64,000 nt of DNA from Octopus vulgaris. Taxonomy: Eukaryota. The first letter of the stretch is position 1; each line of letters opens with the position of its first letter. Below are positions 52,180 through 64,000 of this stretch, piece after piece. The stretch spans positions 89,590,001 through 89,654,000 of the forward strand of contig OX597815.1 in assembly GCA_951406725.2 (NCBI GenBank). The letters run 5' to 3'. The position numbers were made by a program, and so were the translations under genes. The notes below the pieces were generated by a model. The model saw only the letters and a list, made by a program, of their open reading frames with translations. It searched no databases and was not told where the DNA came from.

Positions 52180-53408
52180 ATCCTTTTCTACTCTAGGCAC
52201 AATGCCCGAAATTTTGGGGGAGGGGGCATTCAATTTGATCAACCGCACTACGCAACTGGTACCTAATTTATCGACTCCAAAGGATGAAAGGCAAAGCCGA
52301 CCTCGGCGGAATTTGGACTCAGAACGTAAAAACAGACGAACGACTGCTAAGCATATCGTCCGGCGTGCTAACGTTTCTTATTTCTTTATTGCCTACAAGG
52401 GGTTAAACATAGAAGGGTCAAACAAGGATAGAAAAAGAAATTAAGTCGATTACATCGACTCCAGTGCGTAACTGGTACTTAATTTATCGACCCCGAAGGG
52501 ATGAAAGGCAAAGTCAACCTCGGCGGAATTTGAACTCAGAACATAACGGCAGACGAAATACGGCTACGCATTTCGCCGGGCGTGCTAACCTTTCTGCCAG
52601 CTCGCCGCCTTACATGGAGTGAGTTCAAATTCCGCCGAGTTCGACTTTGCTTTTCATCCTTTCGGGGTCGATAAATTAAGTACCAGTTACGCACTTGAGT
52701 CGATGTAATCAACTTAATCTCTTTGTGTATCATTGATTGTCCCGTCTATGTTTAGCCCCTTGTAGGCAATAAAGAAATAAGAAACGTTAGCACGCCGAGT
52801 GATATGCTTAGCGGTATTTCGTCTGTTTTTACATTCTGTTATAATTTCAAGTTGAGTTTCACACTACTTATTATTCAGATGATTACAATAGAAAGCAATG
52901 GTGTTATACATAAGCAAATATCGTAAAATTTTCTCAGTATGATTAGCAGCATTTCGTCTGTCTTCGTGTTCTGAGTTCAAATTCTGCTGAGGTCGACTTT
53001 GTCTTTTATCATTTCGAGGTTGATAAATTAAGAACCTGTTGCACAGTATGGTCGATCTAATCGACTGGTCTCCTCCGCAGAAGTTTCGGGCCTTGTACCT
53101 TAAGTAGAAAAGAATATTTTTATGGCGGCGATCTGGCAGAAACGTTAGCACGCCGGGCGAAATGCGTAGCCGTATTTCGTCTGCTGTTACGTTCTGAGTT
53201 CAAATTCCGCCGAGGTTGACTTTGCCTTTCATCCTTTCGGGGTCGATAAATTAAATACCAGCTACGCACTGGGGTTGATGTGATCGACTTAATCCGTTTG
53301 TCTGTCCTTGTTTGTCCCCTCTATGTTTAGCCCCTTGTGAGTAATAAAGAAACAGGTATTTCGCTTGTGTTTATGTCCTGAGTTCAAATTCCGTCGAGGT
53401 TGACTTTC
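52180..53408. mobile_element. Cluster of about seven SINE family B copies and fragments in both orientations
   Basis: Minus copies at 52180-52378 and 52379-52611; plus copies at 52621-52780, 52781-52838, 52945-53110, 53123-53352 and 53355-53408. Confidence 0.92.
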
Positions 53409-53409
53409 C

Positions 53410-54220
53410 GTTTGTTGGACGACATTTGATTGCAGCCTACACTGTGGCTCTCTTTTTTTTACATAATATTCGGGTATACACCTTTTTGCATCCCCGCAAA
53501 AACATACCATTAATTTATTTGCGGAAATTTGAGTGTTCAATTTCTTCTCGGTTTGTGATTCTGGGTGTTTCCACTCCATCATATGCCTGATGGATTCTGC
53601 CCGAAAGTGATGAATCCGGATCTCATTTCCTGTGACTATTTTCCCCAAAAGAGCTTCGCCATCATCATTGTAGCTGTGGAATAAGCGTTGAAAGATTTCA
53701 GCACGATTTTGCTTATGCGCTTTGGTAAATTCTCTTGGCACCACCACGGACCGAATTTACGGGTGATCTTATATGAAGTAATTTTATACGAGTGATTTTA
53801 CCAGAATCATTTCTTGAGCCTGTTGAATCTTCATATCAGTGGTGGAGGTTGATAGAGGGGGGGGGCGGTGTTTCCTAATCTTACTTCACTCTTATTTAAA
53901 ATTTCTCTATCCACATAAACAAACATCTACGCAACAAGGCGCTGTTCCCATATTGTACTAAATGGCAGCGATGAATTTCAGCCCTGACACACCTTCAGAC
54001 GAGAGAAATCATTTATGTTCTTCCTCATATACACAACCAGCGGAGCAGCCGCGAAAGCATAAAACATAAAAAAAAAAACAAAAGTGGCGTAATAAAGGTC
54101 AAAACTTGGTTACGTAACAACAGTAGTACAACTTTTTACACGCGGTTGCTGATGGCAGTGTGGCTAACTTAAAGGAAATTTTGGTGAAAGTGCGGATAGG
54201 TTTTGACTTACCATCGGATA
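53410..54220 (-). mobile_element. Mariner relic (5' half)
   Basis: VPREFTKAHKQNR...LGKIVTGNEIRIHHFRAES..MEWKHPES..KK; TIR-like end near 54190-54220. Confidence 0.85.
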
Positions 54221-54539
54221 TTTAATAATACATGGTAAAATAGAATAAATTATGAAACATACATACATACATAATCTTGTGAGTGATTTTGAACAGTTGG
54301 AAAATATTTGGAAGTCCATATAACTGATTTTACCTGTAATTCAAAGGGGCTGTCTTATTGCAGCTGTGTTACGGAGTGGTGTGATTCACTTTAATAAGTA
54401 GGTTAACTTTACACTTGACTCTGGAATCTTTAGCCACCTTACGTTTTAATTTAAGATTCGGTTCTTCAATTGATGGAACAATTTTATAGCCATTATAGAA
54501 ATCAGAGGGTAATCTCTCCTGCTTTCGCTTTCTCTCTTT

Positions 54540-54596
<57 letters not shown>

Positions 54597-54661
54597 TTCT
54601 CTCTCCCTAATCAAGTATTAATATACATAACATGTAAGAGCATACGGCATGAAATGCTTAA

Positions 54662-55540
54662 AAGGCATTTCATTCGTCTTTATACTCTGTGTTCAAATTC
54701 CGGCGAGATTGACTGCCTTTAATCATCTCGAATTCAATAAAATAAGTACCAGCAGGGTAATGGGGTCGAAGCAATCAACTCAACCCATTCCTTGAAATTG
54801 CTAGCCTTGTGCCAAACTTTCAAACCAAACCAACATAAACTGATAATAAAATACATGTCTGCTTATCTTTCGTTTTTTATCATTTACTTGTTTCAGTCAC
54901 AGGACTACAGCCATGCTGGGGCACAACCTTCAAGGGTTTTGGCGAACAAATCGGCCCTAATATATTTCGTTTAAAAAGTCTCTTACTTATACTCTATTTA
55001 TCCAATCGCTAAGTTATTTGGGCGTAAAGAAACTGACACCGATTCTCAAGCGCTTGGTGATGAGCAAATGTGTAAGTCTCAGATATGTATGCAATTACGA
55101 GTTCGAATATAAATAATTTAATATAATTGTTTGCCAGAGAAGTATGCAGTGACATATATCTTTGTCTAAATGAGGAAGGATAGAAGATTCTCCTGCTCTT
55201 AGCATATGTATGCATATATATTCTCCTGTGTCTCTATATTTACATAGATATATATTATTCATATATTAAGATGCCTAAGTTATCTGTGCATTGGTATAAA
55301 CCATTACTTACAGTCAAACAGTTGTATATGGAAGCATAACTAAATATTTCCTACTGATTCTACATGATTTCCCTCATGCCAGTTTCAATGCTGCAAGACA
55401 TGTTCAAAATTGTAACTACTTCTAGATATTTCTATATGGAAATTTCATTAGAGATGTCTCAGTTCATGAAGCCACGTGATAATATTTAGGATTGTATTCA
55501 TACCTACATCCCAGGCACTTTGTGGCTTAATAAGTAGACT
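54662..55540. repeat. Left arm of an ~870-bp inverted duplication
   Basis: For example gtgacatatatctttgtctaaatgaggaaggataga (55149-) is the reverse complement of 57324-57359. Confidence 0.92.
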
Positions 55541-55731
55541 GATCCATAGCTGATTGTGTAGAATCTAATAATATTCTGCCATTTAATCTGCTTACTTACC
55601 TAATACTGACAGTATAAATGCTAGCAAAATCATATAGATGATATAGCTTCATTTCAAGGTATTACAAAATTACAAAATAAAAAAATCATATGTATTCAAA
55701 CCATTGTTTTGAAAGTTTAGTAGACGTAAGC

Positions 55732-55832
<101 letters not shown>

Positions 55833-55939
55833 TTAAAATACCGATCATATCAAGTGGCCAGCATGGGAATAAAAACCTTATAGGTAATAATTATTTTTAA
55901 AATCAATATTAATTTACAAATACGTTCTTTTAAAACAAA

Positions 55940-56280
55940 AGGGATGTTTCTCCCAGCGTTCACTATTTTCCTCTTGTATTGGTCTAATGACCCTCAATCT
56001 TCGTTTTCGTTCAGTTTCTTTGTATGTCTTCACTGTTATGTTTTTGTTCCCAAATTTGACCCTCCATAAATCCAAAATTTTACTTTAGAATTTATACGAG
56101 CAATACTTTTTGAAGACTCATTTTGAATGCTCGAAATGAGGAGCAGATAGAGAGCCGACAACTGATGAAGAGCCCTTTCTCTGTGTTTATTTGTCCAGTT
56201 TTTCATTTTTTCCTCGTTGTTTACGTATTTTACTCGTTCGTTTAGGTATTTCATGTTTGTACCGTTGGTAATGTTCTCTA
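55940..56280 (+). repeat. Dispersed repeat with permuted hammerhead-like boxes (copy 3)
   Basis: GCTC-GAAA-N25-CTGATGA-A-GAGC at 56129-56173. Confidence 0.75.
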
Positions 56281-56394
56281 GCCGTATATGCATGTTTGTG
56301 TGTGTATGTTTGTGTGTATATATATATATGTATATATATATATATGAAAAAACAAGTCAAAAATAGAAAATGCTAAGATAATTTTATAGTGAAT

Positions 56395-56440
56395 CTTTCA
56401 GTACCGGTTTCGGTCATTTTGAGACCTTTTCAACTGTAAC
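56395..56440 (-). ncRNA. Candidate minimal type I hammerhead ribozyme with a U3:A8 core variant
   Basis: Minus strand CAG-UUGAAAA-GGUC-UCAAAAU-GACC-GAAA-CCGG-UA-CUG: stem I, stem II, palindromic stem III and a GUA cleavage triplet. Confidence 0.7.
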
Positions 56441-56612
56441 GATTAAATAGTTAAATTTAGAAAAATTAGAAGAAAAGTTTTTTTAAAAGAATATTTCTAT
56501 AGTAGTGTTCAGATATAAGTAGCATTCTGCCTTTCTCTGACTCCCTTGTTTGCACTTGTGTGTTCGAGGTCGTTTTGAGTTCTTGGTAGGGTAGGTGAAG
56601 AATAAGGAGGCT

Positions 56613-56663
<51 letters not shown>

Positions 56664-56972
56664 ATTGTTATTATATATATATACATGCATGCATATATAT
56701 ATATATATATATATATAGACATATATGATATATATATATATATATGTGTGTATATGTATATATGTGTGTATGTATATATATATATACATACATACATACA
56801 TACAAGTACATAGTTAGATAAATTCATAAAAGCACACGCATACAGACACTCACACACACATACACACACATGTATATGTGTATGTGTGTATGTATATATG
56901 AATATTTGTGTGTGTCTTTGTGATCGTGTTCGAAAACACCCTACCCACCGCTTGGCAACTAGTGTTGGGTGT

Positions 56973-57826
56973 AGTCCACATATTATGCCACAGAATGCTT
57001 GGGTGTATGTACGGATACAATCCTAAGTATTATGACATAGTATCATGAACTTTTCTAATGAATTTTCCTTATAGAAATATCTACAAGTAGTTACAATGTT
57101 GACGAACTCCTGCAGCATTGAAACTGGCATGAGGGAAATCAGGTAGAATCAATGGGAAATATTTAGATATGCTTCCATATACAACTGCTTGGCTGTAAGT
57201 AATGGTTTATACCAATGCACAGATAATTTACGCATCTTAATATATGCATAATATATATATATATGTAAGTAGAGAGACACAGGAGAATATATTTGCATAC
57301 ATCTGCTAAGAACGGGGTTATCATCTATCCTTCCTCATTTAGACAAAGATATATGTCACTACATACTTCTCTGGTATTAAATTATTTATATTGAAACACA
57401 TAATTGCATATGAGACTTACATATCTGACCATCACCAAGTACTTGATAATTGATGTCAGTTTCTTTACACCCCAGTAATTTTATGATTGGAGAAAGAAAG
57501 TTTAACAGACCTTAAAAAGAAATATACTAAGGCCAATTTGTTTATCAAAACCCTTGAAGGCTTGTACCCCAGCATGCTATAGTTATGTCACTGAAACAAG
57601 TAAATGATAAAAAAACAGAAAGTAAGCAAACATGCTTTTTTATAACCTAAGTGTGTTGGTTTCAAAGTTTGGCACAAGGCTAGCAATTTTAATGGAAGGG
57701 GTTTAAATCGATTACTTGTAACCAAGTACTCAAATGGTACTTATTTTATTGGGCCCGAAATGTGGAAAGACAAAGTCGACATTCCCGGAGTTTGACCTCA
57801 GAATTTAAAGACAGACGAAATGCCGC
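56973..57826. repeat. Right arm of an ~870-bp inverted duplication
   Basis: Colinear reverse complement of 54662-55540, including non-SINE sequence and SINE relics. Confidence 0.92.
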
Positions 57827-60800
57827 CAAGATTATTGTCCAGCGTGCGATTAATTCTGCCAATTCGCTGTTTTATTCACTATCACAACTTATTCGCTTCT
57901 CTAAATTTTTTCCCTTTCAGAACCGTCTAAACGATTTACATACGAATATATCCAGAAGACTTCATCATGTGGCCGTCTGTTATACACACATTCATACAGT
58001 TTTATACCACAACCTTATTTTGCTGCAAAATTTGCGACAAATATTTTGTGTGTCAGAATTGTCAAAAATATTTCTTGTTTATTGATTCTGATAAATATCA
58101 ATTTTGCCAAACAGTAGCTCTAGAATTTTGAGATCATTTGTATACTAGTAATGACGATTTTTATTCCAATGCAACCTACACTAGCTGTCTTATGCTAACA
58201 GATTATGTTTATCATCTTTCTTTTCAACGGTGTTTTATTCAATTTAGCTTTTAATATAAGATTAAATACGTTTGCTGATTAATTGAAGTTAATGAAGAAG
58301 CTGCTTAAAGAATTCTTATACATTCTGTTTATAAAACAGTTTTAAGAACAAAGGAAATATTACTGTCTGTTTAAAAGAGAAACTTATCTTGCTTAGTTTG
58401 GATTGAAACTTGGTGGCAAAATTGGCTTCTTTGCATGGTTGGCAAGACATGTGAGAGGAACAGCAACAATGTAAAAACCGGAGGAACATAAGATCAAAAT
58501 TTGGCGTGTCTATGGTGTTAAGAATGTTACTTTGAAGTTCTAACTGAGAAGTGATCCAATACATATATGAAATATACACGACAGTATAATGATTTGTAAT
58601 CAGTAAAGCGTTCTCATACCAGTGTTTACATCACTTAATTTCCTTTCATCATCTGATTTTTATGGAAGAATCTGGAATTCTGTACCTGATTCTACATTCC
58701 CAACGATTTTTATCAGTGTTTGACCGTAAAATATAGCTAATCATCTGCCAATGAAGTCGTTACCTTTTTGTAGTGCAGACGCCCTATTTGAACAGTTCCT
58801 TGTAATGTTAGACGTACTGTCTTTCACCCATGTTTTAGACAGATAATTTGGCTATTTTATTCCTACCCACACCCTTCAGTAAATCAAAAAGCTGCGGTTG
58901 TCACTGGTAACATCAATCAATGTTATTCAAATATTATCGTTCTTCCTTGAGTGTCTAATCTTTTCCAGACAACTATATTCCACATACATTTTAGGCATCT
59001 TCCGCAAAACTGCACATCTCCAAGAGACAGTAACGGAAACATAACAGCCTCGTCTATTTCAACAATGCAAACGCACAAATTACTGTTTACTTGAGTGAAA
59101 TATCACTATGCCCCACCCACTCAATTCTTGCAAATACGCAGTTAGACCAGCGCAGTCACAGCAAATGCCAGTATCATAACCACTAATAACTTATTCCTGG
59201 CGGTTCCGTATGTATATTATATAAAAATCTGTACCACAAGTATGAAGCCTGTCTCTTCATGACCAGAAAATATTTCGTCTTTTGTCAACCTCTTATTCTT
59301 CAGAACAATCAGGTACGGTTCTCTATGGAACTTAGACTCCACACCTAGGCCGGATTTACTGATAACTACAGGCACATCAAATGTACCGAAAATGTTTCGC
59401 AATCTCTACCTCAGTGTCTGCCAAACCTTTTTTACTTTACGACACACTGGGCGAGGAGAATTTATTTTGCGGCACACCAAATAATTTCCCAGTACAGTTG
59501 AATATAATTTATTATTATGTATAAAGATAAATAAATTCTTATTATAGTAACAATAAAATGACATTGCTTTATGAACATACACACACATATATATATAAGT
59601 AATAATAATGATTTTAGTGAGAAGGATGCAATTGTTTTTCAGAAAGGTTTTTATCAAAACGCAGCTCTAAATTAGATAAATACGTAACACCTCATCTACC
59701 ATCTGTAATCATTCCTGTTTTTTTTTTGTTTTTTTTGCTTCATTTTCATAAGCGCAGAGATACCTAATTCGCAAAGGTGCGATGATCCAAAGGGCAACAG
59801 AGATTTAACGGCTGCAGTAGTTAATCGAAATTATTGGCTCCAAAGCGAAATCCAGAATTCTGACAATTCTGACACACAAAATGAGGCTTTGTGCACAGGA
59901 TCGGTTTTCAAGTCTTTTAAATTTTCTCCTGTTAATGTTAATGGCAGGCGTGTACCGTCGTATCTTGCCAAAAGATTGATAACCTACTCGTACATTTCAT
60001 AATTAATTAATGGAAAATACTTAGAAAATGATACAGAGAGGTTTTCTATTGCCTTCTGCATTTCTCACAAAATTTAAAATTTGTTTGGAAAATCCCCAAT
60101 GTCTGGGAAACAATCAAGCAGCGAGATTTTAACTTTCCTTATTCAGAGTTTTAACTTGTCGGTGAAAAACTTTAATGTGCTTGTAATTTCAATAATATTT
60201 TTGTTCGCTCCTTGTAGATTTAAATTTAAAACGTTCAACTTTTCAAAAATATCGTTGAGACATGCTACTTCCAGTTATCGATTATCATCGTTAAGAAATT
60301 CAAATCCAGAATTTTCAGCATCGAAGAAGCAATATTTCAGTTCGCAGAGAGATAAATCGAGAGAGCGCTTTTCCTTTCGAGAGCCATCGCAGTTCTGTAT
60401 GAAGCAGTAAACACTTAAAATCGGAATCCACAGTTTCACATAGGGATGCAAAATCTGTACCGTAGGGAATGCGATTTTATTGTAATTCACCACTTAAACA
60501 ACGTTGTCCATCGTCTTCAGGAGACTATCAGGCATAGATTTTGACTCCAAAACTTCACGGTGAGTCATGCAATGTAAAATTTTAACTTGTGATTTTTTTT
60601 CTAATACATGGGTCACGAAGGCCTTTTTTCGACCCCGCATGGATGGAGTGCCATCAGTGTAAACGCTAATACAAGTTTGCCACTGCATAACCTCTCAATA
60701 TCAGGTTAAAGACATCTCCTGTCGTTCTTTCTTTTAATTTACAACAAAAGAAAAGCTAACATGATTTTACCACTTCCGATGATTCGCAGAAGTGAAATTA

Positions 60801-61016
60801 GTTGTCTGCTCTTTCATCGATTTGTAAGGACCACAGGTTTTTGAGTTCAATTTTTGCTTCAGTGAAATGTCCACGGAGCTGATCATCACTGTCTCGTGAA
60901 ATGTCTTGAATGTTACGAGAAATTGTGTGGGCAGACCAAGGAATGGTCTTAATTTGTTCGACGGCTTCATCACTAATCATTGTGCCAACGACGACCTCCA
61001 AGGCTGGTAAAATAGT

Positions 61017-61412
61017 CTTTTCTACTCAGGCACAAGACCTTATATTTTGAGGGAAGGGGAAAGTCGTTTACATCGGCCCCAGTACTTAACTGGTACTTCA
61101 TTTATCGAACCCCAAAGGATGAAAGGCAAAGTCAACCTCGGCAAAATTTGAACTCTGAATGTAGTCGCAGGCGAAACAGCTATTTCTTTATTACCCACAA
61201 GAGGCTAGACATAGAGGGGACAAACAAGGACAGACAAAGGTATTAAGTCGATTACATCGACCCCAGTGCGTTACTGGTACTTAATTTATCGACCTCGAAA
61301 GGATGAAAGGCAAAGTCGACCTCGGCGGAATTTAAACTCAGAACGCAACGGCAGACGAAATACGGCTACGCATTTCACCCGGCGTGCTAACGATTCTGCT
61401 AACTCTCCGACT
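61017..61412 (-). mobile_element. Two joined SINE family B copies inside the hAT transposase
   Basis: Two copies of ggatgaaaggcaaagtc.acctcggc..aattt.aactc. Confidence 0.9.
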
Positions 61413-61957
61413 TAAGACAAGCAAAATATTGTTTTCGGCATCAGAATGTGTTTTTTTATTCTTTGCCAAAAGCTGGGTAATCGTGTAACTAGCGACTTGA
61501 GCTTTCTCGGGAACTGAGAGACATTTCTTCAGCCTTTTTGATTGCATTTTAAAATTGTTTTTTAACATCTGTAATTATTCTTATGTCTTGTCCTTTTGTT
61601 GCGGATCATTTTTTATTAAATGACGTTTAATTTTACTGGGAACCATCGCTTCATTTGTGAGAGTGGTTAAACAAATCATACAAAAAGTAACCGACAATGT
61701 TGGATGTAATTTTCATTAAATTTTCGTTTTGATGAGGTCGTCTTTTTATTCTGGCATTCGCCTTGTTTGCTATGACTCTCTTTCCCATTTTCTGAGATCC
61801 CAATGAAATTCTTTCCATGTTTAGATCTGAAACTAAAAATCGATTAAAATTAACATAAAATAATTTATGTAAATTATAAATAAATTAAAATTACTCGGAC
61901 TACTAAACAATTTACTTACAGAAAATCCCGGTTTAAATGCAAAAATGTAATATATTC

Positions 61958-62170
61958 TTTTCCACTCTAGGAAGAAGGGCCGAAATGTTTGGAGAGAGGG
62001 CCAGTCGATTAAATCGCCCCGAGTATGCAATTAGTACTTAATTTATCGACCCCGAAAGGATGAAAGGCAAAGTCGACGTCGGCGGAATTTGAACTCAGAA
62101 TGTAAAGACAGACGAAATACTGCTAAGTATTTCGCCCGGCGTGCTAACGTTTCTGCCAGCTCGCTGCCTT
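61958..62170 (-). mobile_element. SINE family B copy in the 5' region of the hAT element
   Basis: Full match to 49121-49356 head and body. Confidence 0.9.
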
Positions 62171-64000
62171 AGAGATGTAATATATTGTAGCAAAACTGCG
62201 GTCCGCCGTGTAACGTAATAAATTTATATTTACCGTATTTTACGTTTTATATAATTAATCTATATTTACGCTCGGGCTTTGAGAATGTTCTTGGATCGTT
62301 TTTTCCCGAAAATATTTTTCGCAGCACTCCAGGAATCTCTCACGGGACATCACTGCGTCGCGGAACACAGTTTGGCAGATACTGCTCAACCTGATATGAA
62401 CTATATCGAGACCCACCCTAAACTCCCGAACCGAACAGTAACCAACTCTCTATGTCACATAGTAAACAACTCAAATCAATAAGAGCGTTTCCTTCAAAAT
62501 CCACCAAACCTCTCGAATTGTCTATATCTTCACGCATTATCGAGGTTTGAAAATGCTATGCTGAGTAAAAAAAAAAAATCTACTTTAAATACATACTGAT
62601 TTTAAAAAGCAGCCAATTCAAGGTGGTATAAAAGCATGTGATTTTACGATCTATTTGTTCGTGTAATTTCTCCACATTTTACGTTATCTTCAAATCACAC
62701 TGCCTTAATTCTCCCCGAGTTCAACTTAAGTACCAGTTAGGTACAGAATTAGCTCAAGCGACTAAATTTACCTTTCTCTAAGTTTCATTCCTTGTGCCAA
62801 TATTGGAAAGTTTATTATACTCTAATCAAGTGTTGATTTATATATTTCCACGCTCACTTTTATTGTCTTTTTTTTTTGCTGTTTAAGTATCAATTATATT
62901 CTTCTTTCATACCTCGTTAAATTATTTCGTCTCTTTTTCATGATGATTGAATTAGAATGCTGTTCCCACATTTACTTGTAAATTCGCCCCTCTTGTGTAT
63001 ACTATTTTACTGCAAGCCTCACTCCCTAGTAGGAAGCCATCGAATACAACAATCAATTGAATACTATTAATTATCAAATATAGGTCTACAAGGAACAAAT
63101 AATTCTAGAAAGGTGTTTCACAATGTACCGTTTCAAATTGCTATTTCATTGTGTATTTTCACAAACAATCTCTGGTCACTTGAAGACGATCGGTGATTGT
63201 TTGAGAATGTGCTGTCAACTTAAGTTCATTTCTTGTTAGTCATTTCGTTCAGACTTTATAATGTTAAATACAACATTCTACTAAAGTGCAGATAAACCAC
63301 TTGAGTACTTTACTAATGAAGTCCTTATTAGCAGAATTGTTTCATTTACCATATACAATACTGTGCTATACGGATTAATATTTCTTTCTGATAAAACTAT
63401 TCAACCATCATGTCAGACTTGTACACCTTTAGAAATTATATATTGTTTACCTATGTAATTTTTAACAGGAGTACATGTACATTATATACAAGTACACCGT
63501 TCTATTTGAAATTACCAATTATTAGTCTATCTAAAGCGATCACAAATGGAATGACATCTGCTACTGCTAAATGAATCAGGTTTCTTTTCAGTAGGTTGTT
63601 ATTAAATAACATGAAGAGACGAAGCTACTGCTCTATCGACTTGGTTATGTTCTCAATTGTTTGTTTCACCATAAATACTATTTGTTGCTAATATTTTTCT
63701 TTATATATTTTTTCCACCAAACTAATCTTTTTCACACTCCCAAATCTGGTACTTGAAATTGCTGTTAAATTACACTATTTATACCAAAATATCCATTGCA
63801 TCATAAATTTATAAACCATACAAATCTATCAATATTTCCTTCGAAAGTAATTGTTTATTTTCCCGATATATCAGTGAGAGAAATTTGCTTTTAAATGTTA
63901 TTTGATACGAATAAAAATCTATTTATTGCCATAAATAATGATTTCTTGAATACCAAAAGAAACGAAAATGCAATATGAAAAACATATGTCTTACTAAGTA

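Larger units (their letters stand above)
59412..62384 (-). mobile_element. hAT transposon of the Buster/Charlie group, interrupted by SINEs
   Basis: TIR CAGTRTCTGCCAAAC; TSD CTCTACCT/CTCAACCT (59404-59411 and 62385-62392); motifs SLQIDERAD, VYTDGTPSMRG, HCMTHREVL and PFGSSHLCELG. Confidence 0.93.

Noticed and set aside
58300-59200. Moderate-complexity stretch that might be an old transposon or exon
   Set aside because: No motif could be recovered in any frame by eye

Overview
AT-rich, microsatellite-dense eukaryotic DNA. I infer an octopus/coleoid cephalopod from the tRNA-derived SINE families and repeat style. I found no intact host gene, RNA gene or CRISPR array, and most listed ORFs are microsatellite read-throughs. 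The window is largely a layered set of decayed transposons: RTE, L2/CR1-type and R4/Dong-like LINE fragments, three Penelope-like elements, four mariner relics, two near-complete hAT elements with 8-bp target site duplications (TSDs), a FLYWCH-bearing MULE-like element nested in a Penelope, a complete non-autonomous Helitron, piggyBac fossils and many SINEs. Five things deserve a second look: (1) three short repeat families with hammerhead-ribozyme-like cores (canonical order, a U3:A8 core variant, and a permuted arrangement with a constant 25-nt spacer); (2) a TSD-flanked 2-kb retroelement encoding only a zinc-knuckle ORF1/gag; (3) a co-oriented array of (TAA)n-associated R4/Dong-like elements that includes a non-coding passenger; (4) an ~870-bp inverted duplication; (5) several smaller hairpins that could form dsRNA. 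All calls come from manual reading and no searches were run.
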